From Terriglobia bacterium (GTDB lineage: Bacteria; Acidobacteriota; Terriglobia; JAJPHL01; JAPKYU01), in the NCBI GenBank assembly GCA_965223005.1, contig CBDCVK010000005.1, forward strand, positions 96,001 to 160,000: a DNA stretch of 64,000 nucleotides, written 5' to 3'. Shown one piece after another: positions 10,290 to 19,343 of this stretch. Below the pieces are notes generated by a model. That model was not told the origin of the DNA, did not search any database, and worked only from the letters and a program-made list of their open reading frames with translations. The translations under genes and the position numbers were made by a program. Numbering within the stretch: the first letter of the stretch is position 1; every line of letters begins with the position of its first letter.

Positions 10290-10380
10290 ACGAAGAGGCG
10301 AATGACTTGGTCTTCCTGCCGAAAGCGACGAACTAGCAAAGGGCCTGGCCCACACTCGGGCCATCCGGGCCAAGCACGCC

Positions 10381-10503
10381 CAAGATAACCCGATCAAGAT
10401 AACCTGACAGAGATAACCCCGAGAAATGGAACAGAAATAGGCTATCTGCAAAGCAGGTCTTTCAGCCAGGATTCCTGACCTGTTGTCCTTTGCCAACAGG
10501 TCA
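10381..10503. promoter_or_regulatory. Putative operator region: three AGATAACC direct repeats plus a 10-bp inverted repeat
   Basis: AGATAACC at 10383, 10397 and 10411 (14-bp period); TGACCTGTTG-N8-CAACAGGTCA at 10476-10503. Confidence 0.55.
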
Positions 10504-10580
10504 TCCATAGTAGTCCTGAGGAGCAGATTGGCCGTAGGGACCCGAAATTTGTTCGCGCTTGCTTCCGCAAGTAAGGCCCG

Positions 10581-13500
10581 ATGACGAGAAGAGTGATCGC
10601 AATGGCCGGCAAGGACAACGCTTGGTTGCTGGTGGGTTTGCTGTCGCTCACCTTGTGGGCCTTCGCGGGAGAGTTCGCCTCGGCGCAGACGCCGGGCTGG
10701 GAGACTTACATGGAGGCGGCTACCAAGGCCTATCGGGAAGGCCGATACACCGAGGCCGAGAAGCAGCTCAAGGCTGCCCTGAAAGAAGCGGAAGCTTTTA
10801 GGCCAGAGGATCCGCGCCTGGCCACGAGCCTGAACAACCTGGCGGGGCTGTATCACGCCCAGGGCAAGTACGCGGAAGCCGAGGCGCTGTTGAAGCGCTC
10901 GCTGGCGATTCGGGAGAAGGCTCTGGGGCCGGAGCACCCCAACGTAGCCACGAGCCTGAACAACCTGGCGGAGCTTTACCGTGCCCAGGGCAACAACGCG
11001 GAAGCCGAGGCGCTGTTGAAGCGCTCGCTGGCGATTCGGGAGAAGGTTCTGGGGCCGGAACATCCCAACGTAGCCACGAGTCTTAGCAGCCTGGCGGGGC
11101 TGTACCACGCCCGGGCCAGCTACGCGGCAGCCGAACCGCTCTTCAAGCGCGCGCTAGCGATCCAGGAGAAGGCTCTGGGACCGGAGCATCCCAGCGTAGC
11201 CACGAGTCTCAACAACCTGGCGGCGTTTTACCAGGCCCAGGGCCACAACGCGGCAGCCGAACCGCTCTTCAAGCGCGCGCTGGCGATCCAGGAGGAGGCT
11301 CTTGGGCCGGAGCATCCCGATGTGGCAAGGAGCCTCAACAACCTGGCGGGGCTGTACCAGGCCCAGGGCCACAACGCGGCAGCCACACCGCTCTACAAGC
11401 GTGCGCTGGCGATCCGGGAGAGGGCTCTGGGGCCGGAGCATCCCGCGGTGGCCACGAGCCTCAGTAACCTGGCGGAGTTGTACCGCGTCCAGGGCAACAA
11501 CGCGGCAGCCGAACCGCTCTTCAAGCGCGCGCTGGCGATTCGGGAGGAGGCTCTGGGGCCGGAGCATCCCGACGTGGCCCGGAGCCTCAACAACCTGGCG
11601 GGGCTGTATCACGCCCAGGCCAACTACGTCGCGGCCGAACCGCTCTTGAAGCGCGCACTGGCGATCCAGGAGAAGGTTCTGGGGCCGGAGCATCCCGACG
11701 TGGCCCGGAGCCTCAACAACCTAGCGGGGGTTTACCGCGCCCAGGGCAATTACACAGCAGCTGAACCGCTCTTGAAGCGCGCGCTGCCGATCCGGGAGAA
11801 GGCTCTGGGGCCGGAGCATCCCGATGTAGCCACGAGCCTCAACAACCTGGCGGAGCTTTACAACATCCAAGGCAACAACGCGGCGGCCGAACCGCTCTTC
11901 AAGCGCTCGCTGGCGATCCGGGAGAAGGTTCTGGGGCCGGAGCATCCCGATGTGGTCTCGAGCCTCAACAACCTGGCGGAGCTTTACGACATCCAAGGCA
12001 ACTACGCGGCAGCCGAACCACTCTACAAGCGTTTGCTGGCGATCCAGGAGAAGGTTCTGGGGCCGGAGCATCCCGATGCGGCCCAGACCCTCAACAACCT
12101 GGCGCGGCTTTACCGTGCCCAAGGCAACGAGGCCGCAGCCGAACCGCTCTTCAAGCGCTTGCTGGCGACCCGGGAGAAGATTCTGAAAGTGGCGCAGGCC
12201 GGGCCGCAGTCCAGGCCCGCCTCCACGGCTCCCCTGATCGCCTTTGTGGATGAGACGGCCCGCTCGGACGTCAACTTCAAGACCGCGAACAGCAAGACCT
12301 CTGAGAAGTACCTGATGGAATCGATGGTGGGCGGCGTGGCGATGCTGGATTTCGACGCCGACGGGCTGCTGGACCTGTTCCTGGTGAACGGGGCGGCCTT
12401 GGCGGACCCGATGCCGGAAGGCGGCCAGCCCGACAAATCCGAGCCGCGCTATTGGAACCGGCTGTACCGCAACGACGGGGACGGAACCTTCACCGATGTC
12501 ACGGAGGAAGCGGGCGTGGCGGGGCATTCCTACGGGATGGGGGCGGTGGCGGGCGACTATGACAACGACGGGCATGCGGACCTGTACGTCACCAATTACG
12601 GGAACAACATCCTGTACCACAACAACGGCGACGGCACCTTTCGCGACGTGACAGAGCAGGCGGGCGTCGGGGGCGGGGGCTGGTCAGCCAGCGCCGCCTT
12701 CCTTGACTATGACCGCGATGGCCACCTGGACCTGTTCGTCACGCGCTACGTGGTCTGGGACTTCCAGCTGAGTCCGTTCTGCGGGCCGTGCAAACCCGGT
12801 TACCGCGCGTATTGTCACCCGGACCGTTTCCGGCCCATTTCCCACCTGCTCTACCGTAACAATGGCGACGGCACCTTCACCGATGTGTCTGGGCCATCGG
12901 GAGTGGAAGCCTCGCTGGGAAAAGGGCTGGGCGTAGCGGTGCACGATTTCGACCGCGACGGCTGGCCCGACATCTTCGTGGCCAACGACTCGTTCCCTCA
13001 GCAGCTGTTCCGCAATAATGGCGACAATGGCGACAGCACCTTCACCGAGACGGCCCTGCCGCTGGGCCTGGCTTATGACGACGACGGGAAAACGTTTGCC
13101 GGGATGGGGACTGACTTCGGCGACTACGACAATGACGGCTGGCCCGACATCTTCGTCAATGCCCTGGCTGCTCAGCGCTATGCGCTGTTCCGCAACGATG
13201 ACGGCTCGTTTGAGTACGCCTCAGGGCCCACCGAGGTCGCCCGCATCACGCTGTTGCACTCCGGCTGGGGCACCAAGTTCGTCGATTTCGACAATGACGG
13301 CTGGAAGGACCTGATGGTGGCCCAGGGCCACGTGATGGACAACATCCACTTGCGGCAGACCTTCGCGCGCTATCTGGAGCCGCTGCTGCTGATGCGCAAC
13401 CTGGGCGGCCGCTTTGAGAATATATCCAAGCAGGCAGGCCCGGCCTTCCAGGTCCCGCTGGCCGCCCGTGGCGCGGCTTTCGGCGACCTGAACAACGATG

Positions 13501-13880
13501 GCCGGCCGGATATCGTAGTCAGTATCCTGGACGGCCCGGCGCTGGTGCTGCGCAACGCCAGCCCGCCGGAGAACCACTGGCTGCTGGTGAACACGGTGGG
13601 CACGCGCAGCAACCGGGAGGGCATCGGGGCTGCGCTGCGCCTGGTGTCGGGCTCCGGACGCGAGCAGCGCGCCTTTGTGAGCACCGCAGGCAGCTACATG
13701 TCCTCCAACGACAAGCGCGTCCACTTCGGCCTGGGGAGTGAGCGGACCATTCGCCTGCTGGAGATCCGCTGGCCCAGCGGAGTGGTGCAGCGGCTGGAGG
13801 GAGTCCAGCCTAACCAGATCCTGACGGTGCGCGAGCCGGAGCGCACCGAATCTGCCCCTCCACAGCCAGCTTCCAATTGA
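10581..13880 (+). CDS. Secreted TPR (kinesin-light-chain type) + CRTAC1 (FG-GAP/VCBS, ASPIC-UnbV) fusion protein
   Basis: Signal peptide; eleven 42-aa HPxVAxSLNNLAxLY...LGPE repeats; DxDxDGxxD repeats; C-terminal SSNDKRVHFGLG...IRWPSG. Confidence 0.92.
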   Translation: MTRRVIAMAGKDNAWLLVGLLSLTLWAFAGEFASAQTPGWETYMEAATKAYREGRYTEAEKQLKAALKEAEAFRPEDPRLATSLNNLAGLYHAQGKYAEAEALLKRSLAIREKALGPEHPNVATSLNNLAELYRAQGNNAEAEALLKRSLAIREKVLGPEHPNVATSLSSLAGLYHARASYAAAEPLFKRALAIQEKALGPEHPSVATSLNNLAAFYQAQGHNAAAEPLFKRALAIQEEALGPEHPDVARSLNNLAGLYQAQGHNAAATPLYKRALAIRERALGPEHPAVATSLSNLAELYRVQGNNAAAEPLFKRALAIREEALGPEHPDVARSLNNLAGLYHAQANYVAAEPLLKRALAIQEKVLGPEHPDVARSLNNLAGVYRAQGNYTAAEPLLKRALPIREKALGPEHPDVATSLNNLAELYNIQGNNAAAEPLFKRSLAIREKVLGPEHPDVVSSLNNLAELYDIQGNYAAAEPLYKRLLAIQEKVLGPEHPDAAQTLNNLARLYRAQGNEAAAEPLFKRLLATREKILKVAQAGPQSRPASTAPLIAFVDETARSDVNFKTANSKTSEKYLMESMVGGVAMLDFDADGLLDLFLVNGAALADPMPEGGQPDKSEPRYWNRLYRNDGDGTFTDVTEEAGVAGHSYGMGAVAGDYDNDGHADLYVTNYGNNILYHNNGDGTFRDVTEQAGVGGGGWSASAAFLDYDRDGHLDLFVTRYVVWDFQLSPFCGPCKPGYRAYCHPDRFRPISHLLYRNNGDGTFTDVSGPSGVEASLGKGLGVAVHDFDRDGWPDIFVANDSFPQQLFRNNGDNGDSTFTETALPLGLAYDDDGKTFAGMGTDFGDYDNDGWPDIFVNALAAQRYALFRNDDGSFEYASGPTEVARITLLHSGWGTKFVDFDNDGWKDLMVAQGHVMDNIHLRQTFARYLEPLLLMRNLGGRFENISKQAGPAFQVPLAARGAAFGDLNNDGRPDIVVSILDGPALVLRNASPPENHWLLVNTVGTRSNREGIGAALRLVSGSGREQRAFVSTAGSYMSSNDKRVHFGLGSERTIRLLEIRWPSGVVQRLEGVQPNQILTVREPERTESAPPQPASN
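10809..12190 (+). repeat. Eleven 126-bp coding tandem repeats (TPR_10/12)
   Basis: Recurring ggggccggagcatccc...agcctcaacaacctggcg unit, in frame with the TPR protein. Confidence 0.9.
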
Positions 13881-13911
13881 CTGGGATGTCCTTAGTGACC
13901 TTTTCCAGGAT

Positions 13912-13929
13912 AAGCCGTCCGGACGGCTT
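13912..13929. terminator. Perfect 18-bp palindrome between convergent genes (hairpin terminator or binding site)
   Basis: AAGCCGTCCGGACGGCTT between the stops of TPR-CRTAC1 and iolG. Confidence 0.45.
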
Positions 13930-14019
13930 CGACCATAGCAAAGCCGGTCGGTACTCTGGCTTTCTGATCTTCTAAATCCCTCAAAGGCCCCTGAAGGGTG
14001 ATCCGACCGTACGCCACCC

Positions 14020-15018
14020 TCAATAAACAACCTTCACGGAACGCCCTGTTTTCAGTGACTCCTCGGCGGCGTTGGCTAAGATCAATGCGCGGCGACCGTC
14101 CTCGAAGCTGGGGGACGGCGTGCAGTCTTGTTCAACTGCATCGATGAATGCGTTGACCTCATGCAGGTAGGATTCCGAGTAGCGTTCCATAAAGAAAGGC
14201 AGCAGTGGCTCACGGGCGGCGGTCGCCTGCTTCCCGTAACGCTCAACCGTGGTCGGGGTCCGGTTGTTGGAAAGCACCATGCCTTCCGAGCCAAAGGCTT
14301 CGACCCGCTGGTCATAGCCGTAGACCGCGCGCCGCGAACAGTTGATTTGGCACAGGGCGCCGGACTCCATTTTCATGGTGACCATTGCGGTATCGACATC
14401 TCCCAAGGAAGCGATTTTCGGGTCAACCAGGACGCTGGCCATCGCGCTAACCTCGGTAGGCTCCTCGGCCACAATGAACCGCGCCAGGTCGAAATCATGG
14501 GTCATCATGTCACGGAACAGACCACCGGAGCCTTTGAGATACTCGAGAGTGGGCGGCACAGGGTCGCGGCTCGTGATAATGAGTTGCTCGATGCGTCCGA
14601 TATCACCGTTCTGAACCGCATCACGGACCGCGCGATGGCTGGGATCGAAACGGCGGTTGAAGCCGATCTGGATCGTCGCGCGGCAATCGCTGATCTGGTC
14701 ACGGCACTCGTTGACGCGGGCAATGTCCAGACCGATCGGCTTTTCGCACAATACGGCTTTACCGGCTTTGGCCGCCTTGGCTATCAGATCGACATGCGTA
14801 TCCGTAGCGGAGGCGAGCAGCACCGCGTCCACAGTGCCATCGGCCAGTACCTCAGCGATATCTGGTGCCGCCCTGGCGCCGGTCTGCTCGGCCAGCTCGC
14901 GCGCCGCCGGTTTATAGATGTCATAGACGTAGGCAAGGTCGACGCGCGGATTGGCAACCAGGTTGGGCGCATGTATACGGCCGATGCGACCGGCGCCGAC
15001 TAGCCCGAATCGCAACAC
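14020..15018 (-). CDS. iolG: Inositol 2-dehydrogenase (Gfo/Idh/MocA family)
   Basis: GAGRIG, CEKP, GFNRRFDP, SRDP, SGGLFRDMMTHDFD, YGYDQRVEAFGS. Confidence 0.88.
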   Translation of the reverse strand: MLRFGLVGAGRIGRIHAPNLVANPRVDLAYVYDIYKPAARELAEQTGARAAPDIAEVLADGTVDAVLLASATDTHVDLIAKAAKAGKAVLCEKPIGLDIARVNECRDQISDCRATIQIGFNRRFDPSHRAVRDAVQNGDIGRIEQLIITSRDPVPPTLEYLKGSGGLFRDMMTHDFDLARFIVAEEPTEVSAMASVLVDPKIASLGDVDTAMVTMKMESGALCQINCSRRAVYGYDQRVEAFGSEGMVLSNNRTPTTVERYGKQATAAREPLLPFFMERYSESYLHEVNAFIDAVEQDCTPSPSFEDGRRALILANAAEESLKTGRSVKVVY

Positions 15019-15101
15019 CTGGTGGCTCCTCGAGAAGCGTCCACCCCATCGGATAAGCGCTGTAGTTGGAGATACAAAGCCAAAGAGCCCGCTGTTAGGC
15101 C

Positions 15102-15150
15102 TTAGCCGGAATTAGTTTTTTGGCCCTCCGGCACTCGCGAGTATACACCC
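15102..15150 (-). repeat. 49-bp promoter/leader element, copy B
   Basis: ttagccggaattag...tggc.ctccggc...tatacaccc shared with 5977-6025; TATACT -10 on the minus strand upstream of iolG. Confidence 0.75.
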
Positions 15151-15306
15151 ATCGGCGGTCCATGGGGCGACCTGCCCACGGACTCAGCCGGCGAACCGCA
15201 AGACTTAAAGCCATACTTGTTGCGAAATCCTCTTCGCTCCCGAAACCATCGATGACGCTCCGGGCTATACTCGCCAGCAGTTGGTAAACTCTAGCCGGGA
15301 GGCGCT

Positions 15307-17319
15307 ATGGAGTCGGGGCCAGACGCGAATCTATCTGAAACCCAAACACCGAAGCTCGTGGAGGCTGGCGCGCTCCGTCCCTGGACGACCGGGGATTTGC
15401 CCCCCGCACCAGAAGGCGGCTTCACCTATTTAAAGAAAGCGGTCGGGCCGGGACTGCTGTTGGCGGGCGCTTGGTTGGGCGCTGGAGAGTGGCTGTTCGG
15501 ACCGGCGGTCTCGGCTCAATATGGCGCCGTCCTCCTGTGGCTGGCCGCCCTCAGCATCGGTACTCAGCTGTTCGTTAACCTCGAAGCGATCCGATACACG
15601 CTCTACACAGGCGAACCCATCTTCGTCGGATTTTTCCGGACTCGGCCGGGCCCGCGGCTCTGGACCCTCTTCTATGTGATTTTATGCCACTACATGATCT
15701 GGCCTTTCATGGCCGCCAATGCCGCGGTTCCGTTGGCGGCGGCCATCCTCGGCCATCTCCCCGGCGACGCCACGATCACCCTAGTTGGATTCCCGATCTC
15801 CGAGAGCGCGTTCGTCAAGGTCCTGGGCTACTGTGTGTTCCTGGGAGCATTCGTCCCCCTGATTTTTGGAGGAACCGTTTACAGGGTGATCGAGTGGCTC
15901 ATGGGCGCCAAGGTGGTTCTGGTCCTAGGTTACTGCATCATCATCACCGCACTGATGGTTCCGGGCAACATTGCCTGGGAAGTAGTCCAGGGCTTTTTCC
16001 GGTTTGGCACGGTGCCGCTGCGCGCCGAGACGATTGTCCTGGATCCCCACTTCACCCTCACCGAACACGATGGGCCGTCCGTTTATACCGTGAGAGGTAC
16101 GCTGGAGGATGGCCAGCCATTGGTAACCTCTTTCATCGTCCGCACCGGGGAAAATGAGCGGAGCTTCGCGATGGGCGACAGCATGGACGGGCAAGGAAGA
16201 GCAGAAGGCGGCGGTTCCCCCGATCTTCAACCGCGATATCAACGGATGGTTGCCGCGGCGATGGCCCGCGTCGAGCAAGGGGGGTTCTTTGTCCGGCACC
16301 GGCAGGGAGAGAAAATCCTTGTCGTCGAAGGTGACGTGGAATCGGACGGGAGATGGATGCCGGTAGCGTTTTCGGCGCGGGAGGGCGATCAGCTGTCAAG
16401 CTGGACAAAGCTGGAAGAAATCCCTGAGCCGCTGGCCTCGACGTTCACGGAGCTGGTCCGCAATCGGGGTGTCGAGCATAAAAACCTCCTCGGCTACCTG
16501 TTTGGCGGTGGTCAGCTTCCCGACCTGGACTGGGCGCTGCTGGCCGCCTTTGCCTCCGTCGCCGGAGCGGGCGGGATCACCAACGCTCTCCTCTCAAATT
16601 GGGTGCGGGATAAAGGCTGGAGAATGGGAGCTCGCGTGGGGGCTATCCCCAGTGCCGTTGGCGGGGGACGGGTTACCCTTTCCCATACCGGCCAGGTCTT
16701 TCCCCTCAGTGCTGCGAACCTGGTCCGCTGGCGCGGCTGGGTCCGCCACATGTGGCGCGATCAGGCCGGCCTCTGGATGATCGCCTCGCTGTTGGGCATG
16801 GCGCTGCCCTGCATGATCTCCTTGCGCTTCATCCGTCACGCCCCGGTGGTGGGCGACCGAGTTGCGGCCATGACGGCCGGAGCTATGGCGCAACAGTATG
16901 CCGACTACGGACAACTTCTCTGGGTCCTGACCTTGCTTTGTGGCTTCCTGGTGCTGGGTCCCGGGCAGGTGACTTCAGCCGACATGATCCCCCGCCTCTG
17001 GACAGACCTTCTCTGGGTATCGAATAAGAAGGCGCAACGGCTGCAGGGAAACCAGGTCAAGTATGTTTACTATGGCATCCTGGTTGTGTACGGACTCTGG
17101 GGCGTGTTCTCGCTGGCTTACCTCGATCCTCTGCAGATCGCCAAGATTGGAGCGGGCCTCGGGAATATTGTTCTGGCGGCTACCGCTTTCCACACCTTCT
17201 ACACCAATCGCGTTTTTCTGCCCCCACCGCTGCGATCCCACTGGATCGTGCAATTGGGACTGCTGTGCGCCGGCCTCTTCTCCCTCGTACTCAGTGCAAT
17301 TGTGATCGCCAGAGTGTAG
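15307..17319 (+). CDS. Nramp-like (APC superfamily) transporter with an inserted soluble domain
   Basis: VGPGLLLAGAWLGAGEWLFGP, RYTLYTGE, AGAGGITN...WVRDKGWRMG; many TM helices interrupted by a hydrophilic block. Confidence 0.75.
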   Translation: MESGPDANLSETQTPKLVEAGALRPWTTGDLPPAPEGGFTYLKKAVGPGLLLAGAWLGAGEWLFGPAVSAQYGAVLLWLAALSIGTQLFVNLEAIRYTLYTGEPIFVGFFRTRPGPRLWTLFYVILCHYMIWPFMAANAAVPLAAAILGHLPGDATITLVGFPISESAFVKVLGYCVFLGAFVPLIFGGTVYRVIEWLMGAKVVLVLGYCIIITALMVPGNIAWEVVQGFFRFGTVPLRAETIVLDPHFTLTEHDGPSVYTVRGTLEDGQPLVTSFIVRTGENERSFAMGDSMDGQGRAEGGGSPDLQPRYQRMVAAAMARVEQGGFFVRHRQGEKILVVEGDVESDGRWMPVAFSAREGDQLSSWTKLEEIPEPLASTFTELVRNRGVEHKNLLGYLFGGGQLPDLDWALLAAFASVAGAGGITNALLSNWVRDKGWRMGARVGAIPSAVGGGRVTLSHTGQVFPLSAANLVRWRGWVRHMWRDQAGLWMIASLLGMALPCMISLRFIRHAPVVGDRVAAMTAGAMAQQYADYGQLLWVLTLLCGFLVLGPGQVTSADMIPRLWTDLLWVSNKKAQRLQGNQVKYVYYGILVVYGLWGVFSLAYLDPLQIAKIGAGLGNIVLAATAFHTFYTNRVFLPPPLRSHWIVQLGLLCAGLFSLVLSAIVIARV

Positions 17320-17426
17320 CGCCGGAACAAGGGGCAGCGACGGCTAGGGTTCGGCTCCTTTCTCCTTCTCGGGTTCGACTGGCGGCCTCTCGAGGCCAGT
17401 AGGGAGTGCGCGCCGGCAGTTCCTTA

Positions 17427-17487
17427 GTAACCGAGTTGCTGCCTTGGGATATTGACGGGACAGATCAAACAGAAGCGGCGGCCTGGG
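17427..17487 (+). repeat. Orphan 61-bp copy of an internal 3' segment of the PSD1 gene (8740-8800)
   Basis: 59/61 identical by direct comparison. Confidence 0.9.
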
Positions 17488-17560
17488 CGAGAAGTATCAC
17501 CCGCAAGAGGAAAGGCGCGGAGGAGAAACCGAGCATACGCCGTCCTTGGTGGAACTAGAG

Positions 17561-18838
17561 CTATTCCATCAGAACCGCCGGCAGCCACAGCACCAAGCTC
17601 GGGAAGAGCGTGATAAGCAGCATGACGGCAACGTTCGCTGCAAGAAACGGAGCCGCGCCGCGAAAGATCGAGCCGATGCCGAGCTTGGAAATCGCTGCGC
17701 ACACGTTCAGGCAATTGCCGACCGGCGGGGTGCAGGCGCCAACGGCCAGGCCGGAGACGAGGATGACGCCGAAATGAACGGGCGAGATGCCGGCCTCGGT
17801 CACCGCTGGCAGGAAGACGGGCGTCAGCAGCAGAATCGCTGGGCTCACGTCGATCACCGTCCCCGCGACCAGGATTATCAGGCCGATGACCAATAACGTC
17901 GCCGTCGGCCCCAGACCGAGCTCGACGACGAAGGCGGCGACAGCCTCGGGGACGCGCTCGAGCGCCAGGACCCAGATGTAGACCTGCGAAAAGGCGATGA
18001 TCAGCATGATCTTGGCGCTGGTGAGCCCGCTTTGACGTAGGCATTCTCGGAAAGCGCCGAACGTCATCACGCGGGTCGCGAAGAAGCCGATGACCAGCGC
18101 GTAGAGCACCCCCAAGGCCGCCGATTCCGTCGCGGTAGCGACGCCGAGAACGACCGCGCCGACGACGAAGAGGGGCATCGCCAGCACTGGCGCCGAGCGG
18201 CCCGTCTCCCGGATTGCGTGACGCCATCCCGGCGCGACTTCTTCACGCGGGTAGTCCCGCCGCCGAGAGATCACCACCGTCATGCCCAACTGGAGGACGC
18301 CGATTAGGATGCCGGGAATGACGCCGCCGAGAAAGAGCCGTCCGACAGACACCTGTGACACCACCGCGTAGAGCACCATCGGGATGCTGGGCGGAATGAT
18401 CATCCCCATTGTTGACGACGCGACCGTAATCCCGCTGGCGAAGTCGGCCGGGTAGCCGCGTTTCTTCATCTCGGGGATCAACACGGAACCGATCGACGCG
18501 GTATCGGATGCAGACGAGCCGGAGATCCCGCCGAACAGCATACTGGCAAACACGTTGACCAGGCCCAGTCCGCCTTTGAGACGGCCGACGAAGAGCGAGC
18601 CGAAATCGAGCAGACGCGCCGTGATCTGTGCGGCGTTCATCACGAGCCCCATGAGAATGAACAAAGGCAAGGTGATCAAGGCGTAGGAGTCCATCCCGGC
18701 AAACAGCCGCTGGGGTAGGACCTGGACCAGCGCCGGGTCGTCGACCAGGAAGAAGACGAGAGCGGACAACCCTAGCGAGTAGGCAACCGGCACGCCGAAA
18801 GCGATCAGGATCAGCAGTGCGGCGAGTAGGACCAGCAT
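17561..18838 (-). CDS. dctM: TRAP transporter large permease
   Basis: LPLFILMG, GGISGSSASD, IIPPSIPMVLY, CTPPVG. Confidence 0.93.
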   Translation of the reverse strand: MLVLLAALLILIAFGVPVAYSLGLSALVFFLVDDPALVQVLPQRLFAGMDSYALITLPLFILMGLVMNAAQITARLLDFGSLFVGRLKGGLGLVNVFASMLFGGISGSSASDTASIGSVLIPEMKKRGYPADFASGITVASSTMGMIIPPSIPMVLYAVVSQVSVGRLFLGGVIPGILIGVLQLGMTVVISRRRDYPREEVAPGWRHAIRETGRSAPVLAMPLFVVGAVVLGVATATESAALGVLYALVIGFFATRVMTFGAFRECLRQSGLTSAKIMLIIAFSQVYIWVLALERVPEAVAAFVVELGLGPTATLLVIGLIILVAGTVIDVSPAILLLTPVFLPAVTEAGISPVHFGVILVSGLAVGACTPPVGNCLNVCAAISKLGIGSIFRGAAPFLAANVAVMLLITLFPSLVLWLPAVLME

Positions 18839-18842
18839 GACG

Positions 18843-19343
18843 TCACACCCGGGAAGTCCCGCGGTCTCCCTTCAGCGTCGTTGCGATCCCGATCAGACAG
18901 TAGACGACTGCCAGCCCGCAGCCGACCGGGACGGCGAGTTGAGCGACGATCCGCGGCGCTTGCGTAGCCGGCATCAGGTAGCCGCCGGTCACGGCGATCC
19001 ACCGCAGGCTCTGCCAGACGACGACGCCGTTGATGAGCGCGACCAGCGCGAAGGCGAGGCCGGCGGCCGCACGGCGGGCTCGTTCGCCGAGCTTGTCTAC
19101 GAGGAACGTGACGGCGATGTGCTCGCGGCGCCCCGCCGCTACGGCGGCTCCCAAGGCAGTCGCGTAGACGAAGAGAACCGTCGCGGTTTCGTTGGCGCCG
19201 ACGATGCCCGTATTGAACAGGTACCGCAATAAGGTCGTCGTAGCGATCAGCCCAAGAAAGACGAGCAAGCAGAGCGCCACTGCCGCCTCGAGCGCCCGGC
19301 TGAGAGCCGCCTCCAACCTGTACAGCGACTGCATGACGGTCAC
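18843..19343 (-). CDS. dctQ: TRAP transporter small permease
   Basis: Four TM helices; LRYLFN, REHIAV; lies between dctP and dctM. Confidence 0.88.
   Translation of the reverse strand: MTVMQSLYRLEAALSRALEAAVALCLLVFLGLIATTTLLRYLFNTGIVGANETATVLFVYATALGAAVAAGRREHIAVTFLVDKLGERARRAAAGLAFALVALINGVVVWQSLRWIAVTGGYLMPATQAPRIVAQLAVPVGCGLAVVYCLIGIATTLKGDRGTSRV

Noticed and set aside
10809-12190. Regular repeats resembling a CRISPR array
   Set aside because: They are 126-bp in-frame coding TPR units without unique spacers, and there is no cas operon.
17345-17400. tRNA-like GGTTCG motifs
   Set aside because: No cloverleaf or acceptor stem; only a short GC hairpin.
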